Origin: Tubiluchus corallicola
Taxonomy: Eukaryota > Animalia > Priapulida
Direction of reading: 5' to 3'
Assembly (NCBI GenBank): GCA_030141605.1
Contig: JAQGDQ010000076.1
Span: 647,202-711,201, forward strand
DNA: 64,000 nucleotides
Under the pieces are notes generated by a model. It worked only from the letters and a program-made list of their open reading frames with translations. It made no database searches and was not told the DNA's origin. The position numbers were made by a program, and so were the translations under genes. Of the stretch, positions 43,401 to 53,200 are shown one piece after another; the first letter of the stretch is position 1, and the number at the start of each line of letters is the position of its first letter.

Positions 43401-44168
43401 TATGCAGATTTTTGAGAAGGCAAACTACAACATTAGCAATTTGATTATATGCAAAACATTGTATACATGAATATGTCATGTCATCGTCGTCTCCATCGGG
43501 ATTATCATATGGTCATTGTCAACATAATTATTGCTGTTGTAGTCATCATCAGTGTCTACTATTACTTATTTGTATGTGGCTGGTGTCTTTCACTGTCTTG
43601 AAGTTAGTTGCCCAAGCAATTGGGAATGACTTTGCAATTTATTTCAGTACTTTTTCGACACGAACGAAGCAGAGGCATGGATGTCGGAGCAGGAGCTGTA
43701 TATGATGACAGAGGAGAGAGGTAAGGATGAGACGAGCTGCAATGCACTGATCAAGAAACACCAGCAGCAGGATCAGGCTATAGAAGATTATGCAGACAAC
43801 ATCCGCGAGTTGGGTGAAACTGCTAGACAGATGATCGATGCCGGACATCCACTCAGGTTTGTGAGAACTCTGTGTCATGGGCACGTTAAAATTTTTATTT
43901 TATTTTAGGCTCATAAACTCATGCAATTACTTCTTTTTCAATTGCTAAGCATCATCATAGGCTGTTTTTTTAAAATGCATTTGTGCAGCTAGCTTTTCTG
44001 GTACTGATACTCAATCCATTTTTGTGGATAATGAATGGATTGGCATATTGAACTATGGAGTCTCTATGATGATATTTGTTCAGTTGGTCAATTTGAACAC
44101 TGAGTCACATACCTTGTTTCTTACCCAAGGACTAACAGAAAATTGATTTTTCAGATATTAATTTAGAT

Positions 44169-44225
<57 letters not shown>

Positions 44226-47200
44226 GAGGCAGAAGCAAGGGGCAAGAAGGCGTAAAATTCTTCTAGAGTTTACTGACTGTTAATTATTAATTACTAATCT
44301 GACATTAGAATGAACAAAAGTTTTGAAATTGCACCAAAACTGCCTAATCAGAGATCATCGTAACTGACTTAGTTTCTATGTAGGCTACAACATAGAAGCA
44401 AGGCTAATGTTGTTACTTAATGGCGTGTGTAATGTGGCATGTGGCTTAGCAGATTGAAATTTTTTGGAGAAACTCTGGCATTATTCTCTAAAATTTTTAT
44501 GCTGTTTGTATTATTGTGAAAACCTGTATTATTCTGTATCCATCATAATCTTTTCCTGTTTTAATGACTCTCATGTTACAAGCAACTTTTCTAGATCACT
44601 TGTAGAAAAGAGTTATTCTGGTGCAATATTTCATTATTGCAGGGCGATTCATTAACATTCTCAGAAAAAAATTCGTTTAACTTTATCCCATCAAAGAAAG
44701 TGAGACTCGAGGATGCAAAAAACATGCACAATTGTGTGGCTTCACCCACAAAACAAATAATCAAAACATTAAAAGGGTAAGGCATCAGAATTATTTTTGC
44801 CCCCTTGTGCCACAAGCACTTGCTACACCACTGGATGATGATGTCAGCAACAGAAATAACAACAATGATGACTTAACATGTATTATTACCATTTTAGCCT
44901 CTCAAAATGAGTGCATAACAGGCTGTGCTGTGCACTAGTTTTGATAATATATTTTTCAGTGACCAAATAGCAGTAAAGCAGTCTCAAGTGGACAAGTTGT
45001 ATGCAGGCTTGAAGGACCTGTCGCAGGAACGGAGAGGCAAGTTGGATGAGACCCTGAAACTCTACATGTTAAACAGAGAGGTGGATGATTTACTGCAGTG
45101 GATCGCAGAGCGTGAGGTCATCGCCGGGTCACACGAGCTGGGACAGGACTTTGAACATGTCTGCGTACGTAAAATTTTACTATTTGTTATTGTTCTATTG
45201 TGTTTCCTCTCATGTCAAAAACTACTTCAAAATAATATAATTGCGACACTAACTATTTCTTGTTATAGTTTAGCTGAAAAGTTATTATAGTTTCTAAATT
45301 CAAAACTCTTTCATCGTAATTTTTTTAAATCTTTACATCATTGAATATCTTCACCCAAAATGTCACTTTTCAAATTATGAATATGCGTGTATAAATTAGC
45401 AGCTCTCCTGTTATACATATTACACATATATGTGCAATTGGCAGCTGCACTGGTATTTATCTCTGGTAGTAGAAAAGCTACATTTAAGCGCGTTAAGACA
45501 CTCAGATTTTAAGCCTTGTTCTTGGATCAGTTCTTGGACACAACTGTCCTACTGCAGCATTGAAAGCAACGTTTATGTTTTTGTTCTTCTGTGAATATTT
45601 TTATAAAATTTTTGTGGTGAAAATGTTTACGCAAACATTTGTAATTAAATTATGAAGCTGGTATTATAGCTTCAAGAGACACGAAATTGAATCAATGGGT
45701 GGAAAAGGTTTTTTGCACAGAATGCCAAAAAGCCATTGAAGACACATTATTTGCTAGTGCTATTTTGTGGTGTTTTTCAACTATGGAGCTCACCTAAAAT
45801 ATAAAGCTAACGAAACATTTTGTGACCAGATGTTACAAGAGCGCTTCCGAGAGTTTGCTCGTGATACGGAATCAGTCGGCACAGAGCGAGTGTCTGCAGG
45901 TAACGACATTGCAGATGCACTCATCAATGTCGGTCACTCAGATGCGGCACTGATTGCTCAGTGGAAGGATCAGCTGAATGAGGCTTGGACAGACCTTTTG
46001 GAACTTATCGACACTCGGACTCAAATGTTAGCTGCCAGCTACGAGTTACACAAATACTATCATGACTGCAAAGATGTGTTAAGTATGATACAGGTAAGTA
46101 CGAATTTTTTTAAACATTTTATTTCTATTAATGTGTATATTAAGAATGCTGATAATTTTCGGTTTCGCTAATGACTCTTTTTATTGCTTGCATTTTGATA
46201 TTGTTTGATTAGATTCACTGCTTGTTCATAGCTTTTCATATTCTGATGTCTTAAGTGATTTACCTTGATGAATATGAATCAAGCTTAATTAATTCAATCT
46301 GACTTGCTAATGATATTGAGATTTGACAAATTTTAGAATTATTTTCACAGGAGAAACAAAATTCCATGTCAGACGAACTTGGTCGTGATTCTGGCAGCGT
46401 TTCTGCTCTCATACGCAAACACTCCAACTTTGAATGTGATCTGGGCACATTGGAGAGCCATGTGCAGGGCATCACAGCCAAGTCTGTCACACTACAGACA
46501 GCATACGCTGGCGACAAAGCCAGAGAGATCCAAAACCGAGAAGCAGAAGTCATAAATGCTTGGAAAAATCTCAAGACCAGCTTAGACGCTCGGCGAGAAA
46601 AGCTGATAGAAACAGGTACATTAATTCTGAATGTATTTGAGTTGTTTTTTTCCCTTTTTTAAGTAATTAAGTGGTTGGATGCTTGCCAGCAATAGAAGAG
46701 CTAGTCATGATTGAGCAAACCCACTTTTCTAACTTTCTGAATCCGAGAAAGGACTTGAAAAAAATTACTACTGAGCCAACATTTGAACCAGGCACTTTAA
46801 ATGACAAATTCAGCATCGTAGACTAACTAGAAGTCGTCTCGGTCATCTGTAATCAAAACAGATTTTTACGTACATCTAACAGTTAAGAAGCTCGGCGTTA
46901 ACAAGTCATATGCTTTTAGCAGTTCTCAGTTTCTGTTCCAAAGTAGTCTAATGATTGTACATACCACTTTGTGTGGTGAATTCAGGGGGATAACTGAGTA
47001 CTTGTATATGTGATTTGTAATCACCCGTCACTCATTTGTTTCATTGATTAGGATTTATACGCATCCCAATTTGGCTGGGACAAATCTTTTATTTTATTGT
47101 TTCATTTTAGGGGATTGTCCGTGAAAGAGAAAAAGATTCTAATCCTGCCACAACAACTTTGCCTTTCAATACTGGCTCCTACCTGCAGAACTCTAAAATA

Positions 47201-50200
47201 AGTGTACATTTGTGACACATTTTAATTCACAAATGTTCTTGCAGTTTTGGAAGGAAAATGAAGTTTTGTCAGTCATTTGATTGGTAGCAATTAGCTGTTC
47301 CTGTACAATCAAAATTGTGGTTTGAGCTGAAAAAGTACTTTGCACCAGCAGTAAAAAGTTTTGCCAAGTTTTAAATGGCTTCTTTGAATCTTGTTTCTAT
47401 AGCTACCCAGTGTTTATCCCAAGTAAAAAAGTATGTTTATCTGATTTTATCTCCATGACATACAGGAATAATTTTCTGCGGCTGTACTTATAAATGTTTA
47501 TTACTTCATTCAGGTGATCTGTATCGGTTCTTTAATCTCGTTCGTGATCTCATGTTATGGATGGATGACATGATGACTCATATGAATTCACAGGAAAAGC
47601 CTAGAGATGTCGCAGGTGTAGAAGTGCTAATGAACGACCATCAGACTTTGAAAAACGAGATTGATTCTCGCGAGCAGAACTTTGAAGTTTGCGTAGCACT
47701 GGGACAAAATCTACTTAGTCGACGACACTATGCTTCAGAGGAAGTAAGGAAAACATTTTATTTAAATCACTGCACAAAATTAAAGGAAAAATTGTAATTT
47801 TAAATGTATCTGTGTGCTTTTCTAGTTAAAATTGCAAGTTCGCTTATGCATTTCGTGGATGAAATTGTTTCTGTAGTTTCTCGCTTCTGCAGTTAATTCC
47901 TTTATGAATTCTCTTTTTTTCAAGATATAGATACTATGTGATTTATAAAAGACTGTAACATTTGGCGAAAATTGTAATATTAAACGTATTTGAAGGCTTG
48001 TTGTAATTTCCAGTTAAGACTATAAAACCTTTATTTAGCAATTTCTGTGATGAAATAGTGTCTGTAGTTTCTTATGTAAATTGCTGCATGTAATGATAGA
48101 CACATCTTCATGCAGTTTAAAACTGTTGTACTAAAGTTTTGGTTTTTGTAATCGTTTAAGCATCATTTCTTTATTAGCAGCTGGTTATTGTTATATTATA
48201 TGTAGTTATTGATTTTTTTGTTTGCTATTTAATTTTGCACATTTTGCTTGCAGATAAAAAGTAAATTGTTAACATTGACCAATCAGAGAACTAAAATGAT
48301 GGAACAATGGGAACACAGATGGGAGCATCTGCAACTGGGTAAAGTATTAAAGCTTACATTATACTTGTACTGTTTAATCTTTTTCATTACAATATTCATG
48401 CACGCAGCAGTTACAATTGATTTGTTGTTTGGTATGTACTAACACAGGTTTGATGCCAGGCTTGTCTAAACACAGAAATATTGTTTGCAAAAATACTTAA
48501 CAAGCAGCGTGAGCTTGACAGCATACCCAGAACCAAGTAACCAATCTTAGTTCCAATTAATAGTTTATTTTTTATTTTTCTAGTATTGGAAGTGTATCAA
48601 TTTGCTCACGATGCCTCCATTGCTGAAGCTTGGTTGTTTTCCATGGAGTCTTACTTAATGCAGGAAGAATTAGGAGTAAGCTGCAGTTGCATTTTTTATA
48701 TGTTTAGACCATATAAAGGTAACCTGTTAGTGCGGTTATTCACGTTTCATTATGAATTGTTTTAATAAGCTAAGTCATTTGCTGAATAAATGTTTGCTTT
48801 TGTCAACAGAGGACGCTTGACGAGGTCGAATCATTAATCAAAAAACACGAAGATTTTGAAAAGTCAGCTTTAGCTCAGGAAGACAGATTCACTGCACTGA
48901 AGCGACTAACTACGGTAAGCATTCAGTAACTCTCACAGTTTTTAACTTGCATTGTGATATGAAAATACATATAAAAAACTTAGACTTTCTTTATGCAATA
49001 GACTGACGTAAAGTTTTCTGTAATTTTTTAAGGTTCTTTCACAGATGATTTGTTGTGTTATACAGCTCTGTTTTTTTCTGACGTAGATTTTTGCTAATTA
49101 GTATTCAAAAAACAATCCACAATGTACGTACAGGGGATTTCATACTGTTTTCCATTTACGGCAGCATTACAGAGTTCTTGCATAGTTTTTTGCATACTGG
49201 TGCAGCCATTTGTATTCATTTTTATTCTATATACATATACATATCAATAGGTTGTCATTAGTTTTTACATAGAAAGTAAACAATGTAATTTCCCAACTAG
49301 GTGGAACTACAGGATCAGCGTAAAAGGCTTCATGCTGCTGTGTTGCTACGGCAACAAAAACAACAGCAAGAAAATGGGGTAAAATGCTATTGCACGGCAC
49401 CTGACTTAAACTAACAATGTGTTCCTTGAAGTACATTAATTCATTAAATTATTAATGTTAGACAAGTAGTCTCATTTTGTGGTTTACCTTGTTTGTGCAT
49501 CAGAATGATGTGCTTGTGTGGATTGAAAAAAATTGATGAGTTCAGTTTGCTATCAAGTGATTAGACTTGTAATGTGTTTAGGGTATCCACCTTGTAAGGC
49601 ACTATTGCCGATACTAACTTGAAATGTTTAATGCATCTAGATTACTAACTTTGCATTGTTAGGATTTTGCTTTCTTGGACCAATGGCTTAAACATCTAAC
49701 ACAAGTGCTCAGAACCTACATTACCCCTTTTAAGAGCAATCAGCTGTTGCATATTGAAGTAAAAAATATTTTGGTTTCACTTTAATCCAAGCATCATTTT
49801 CAAACATAAGAAATTACTGGTTTGCAATCAGTAAACATAAAACAATTGGTGATACTAACTTATTTTTGAATGTTTATAAATATTAATTTATGTAAAGAAC
49901 GAATCATATTGATTCTCTGATGGCTTATTATTTAGTAATATGCTTTGCTTATGCTAAATGTAAACAATAAAATTATACATTACTATTTTAGTGCATTATG
50001 ATTTTCCTAAGCTATAAGTCTCATGGTTTTCCCACAACTGATAACTTATGAACAATTGTACCGTATTCATGTATTTTGAAGTTATTGGGTTATCTGTTTT
50101 TAGTGCTTTCAAGTAAACAATCACAGTTTATTTGTAGTCAAGATTATCAATTTATGATGGAATGAGCCCATCAGATTTTTCAGTTCTTCAGCTTTTCTAA

Positions 50201-53200
50201 TCAAATTAGACTATATAAATGGAAATGAGAGATAATCAGAATTTGGCCTGGATTTGAGTCAGAGACTTTGGAATATAAATTCAGATTCAGTGTCATGATC
50301 ATCAGATGAATATAGAGATATAGCCTTAGCCTTTTGTCTCTAGCAGTAATTCAGTACAAATAGTTCAATCTGGATGAGCTCGTTGTTACATTTGAATCAG
50401 AGCGCGCTTTGATTGCAATAGTCTAGTTGTCATAGGCTTGCAATTTAAAGATCAGTAGTTCAAATCCATTCTGAGTCTTAACTTTTTTGCACTTCTTTCC
50501 TTTCAAACTAATTCATTTAAATTTAATGTTTTGTAGTAGTTTGTTTTATAGATAATAAAATTAGTGCGGATGTGACTTTATTGATATTGTTCCTATTTAG
50601 TAATCTCTTTTCATCTTGTTTATGGTTGTTTGTTGTTAATGTTAAAACATTGTTTAATTCGTTACAGTTTGAATTGAAAGAATTAAGACGTAGACAAGAA
50701 GAGGAGGAAGAAAAAAGGCGGGCTGAAGAGAAAGCCATGCAGGAGGAAGCTGAAAAGATACGAAAAGAACAGTAAGACATAAGACTAGCTTTAATTTTTT
50801 GTTGAAAGTAGTGCTGATAAAGTTAAAGTTTTATGTATTTATGATAATGAGATGACTGCATCAACTATATCTCCTCAGTATTGGAACCTTATAAAACCTC
50901 TTGCATTTATCTGATTTCTATAAATCCTTACAATGTATAAGCACTGTACTTGTACAACAGTATTTTTTGCAAACAGTTTCTTTCCTCTGACAGAAATATG
51001 ACATTTGGAAGTTATATATGTAATATGAACAGTGGGATTATTGATCTGTATCTGCCAAACGTGGAGTCCGACACGCTTCACATCGGCAGAAATAGATTTT
51101 TTTGTTATGTTGTTTGCAATAAAATAAGCTGGGAAGAAAAATTACCTGTGAAATTTTTTTCTGTTAAAATGAGAATGTTCAACACAGTATTTGACTTAAA
51201 ACTCAAGTAACATATGTGGAACAGTATATTAACAATTTTTTAAGACTAGAAAGTATAGTGTTTGAACAGATTTTGATTCGGTAATTGTTTATTAAGTGCT
51301 GTAGGTAATAATCGGCCATCTAAAACCAGTCACACCTTTGCCGATAACTTTGAATTTTAGATCACTTTGACTGAATATTCGTGGACAGAAGGTCAGTACC
51401 TTTCCATAAGAGTGGTGTAAGCCCTTCTTTCAAGTAATATAGTCTACAACCCAAGTAAGGTTGCTTATCAGGATTGTATTGATTTCTTGCCTAAAGATAG
51501 ATTATCATATAGGTCATGTTTTTTATGCTTGGTCCAAACTAGCAAGGTAGACTCATGCTTAGCTATTTAAACTAGGTGTCAGCATACATAATTTCTAGTC
51601 TATACGGTAAATTATGAATGAAGTCTTGCAAACAAATCAACAAAACTATGATAAACGTGTTTAAGCTGTCGAAATCATCATCCGAACACTAAGACACTAT
51701 TTGTATAGCTTAGCGTATAGACACTAACACATACGCTAAGCTGCTAGTGCTTTGTTATACTGCAACATGCCATAGGATACAAGATTAATCCTACTTTGTT
51801 GCACCATTTAGAGGAAAATAGCAAAATCAACATTCAAATAAGATTTTTTCTGGTAGCTAGGTTGCTGATAACCCTATGATAATAGTTAGGTGTCTAACTA
51901 AATGCATTAAATTTGTATATCTTTTAGAGATGAAGCCGATGCTGCTAAAAAGGCAACTGCAAGAGCAGAAAGAGCTGGCTCCGGCGATGCTCAGGTTTCG
52001 TCAGAGTCTAGTCCTCCATCCGGTAAGCAATTCTAAACTTTTCTATTTAGATACAATTTTTGGAAAATGAATTTCGCCTTCTGAACATCATTACTATTAT
52101 TACATGCTCATCATTTGCCTTGTTATTTAGTTTGCATCTTAATGCCAAACATTATTTTCTGCATTGTTTTCTCTATTTTGTGCTGTAGTGGCATGTCACT
52201 ATTTTACAGTTATTTCAGTGCACTTCAGAATTTTATTGATTTTTTCTTTTTGTTTTCTGATATTTATCTCTGTGATTTAAATGTTTTTCGCATGGAAAGT
52301 TTTCGGATATTTTTAATCACTTAGGTCAACTAAATTTGCTTAGCTGTGCTTGAAATTAAGTTTGTGTAAGTTGAAACACTTTTTTGGAAAGTAACACTGA
52401 CTATCTACTGTCATAGCAGTGTTTAGTTTTTGTCGGACGGTCTATTTACTAAGAGCGGTGGCACATATTAAGCTATAGTAGAGTGCTGCTAATCAAAGTT
52501 CCTTTTCATTGATCAGCACTTCTTGCACTACAAATGTGATCTAATCATCGTAATGATATGATTTAGATGCTGTTGTTGATTTTTAAAATTTCTACTTTCA
52601 GTTTTCTACTACTGAAAACCAGGAAAACTCCAGTTCAGTTATTACCATTTTTTGTTTTTCCCATTAAGTAAACTTTTTATTTACACACACATATTTCAGC
52701 TCACACTGGCACTGTGTTAGTTTGCATGAGCACTTCACACGCATGTGTTTTTGATTTCTTTCTTTAGCAAAACCTAAAGCTAAGGTTGCGACTAGTAAAG
52801 CATCGCCTGCACAACAGAAAAAGTTGAAAGTACAGGGTGAGTTTTTCAAATGGGTATCGAATCATTTATTTTAACTTTTTATTGCACATTTGTTAACTAT
52901 TGTTACACCAGTAGCTGCATGTTTGTAGTTACTGAAAAAAATCCACTTATTATTGTTTGCTGTAAGAAAATGTAAGGTAAACGTGGTTCAGTGTCTGTTT
53001 GTACATTTACAATATGTGCAAGTGCAGGTAGTACAAAATTTTTTATTTATCGAACAAATCAAAATTAAATCACCTACAGTTTATTGTTGCTGTTGCTTCG
53101 TCATGACATGAGTCATGCGGCACTTTTGAATTCTCGTTGCTAGGAAACTTATTGTATGCTCTTTTGCTTTCTCAAATAAACATTCTTAGGACTACCTGGC

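Noticed and set aside
46260-46574. Antisense ORFs over spectrin exons (also 10737, 23684, 25856, 43639)
   Set aside because: Shadow ORFs of real coding exons.
52602-52640. Acceptor-like site tctactttcag| as an extra linker exon
   Set aside because: The required phase-1 frame hits TGA after three codons.
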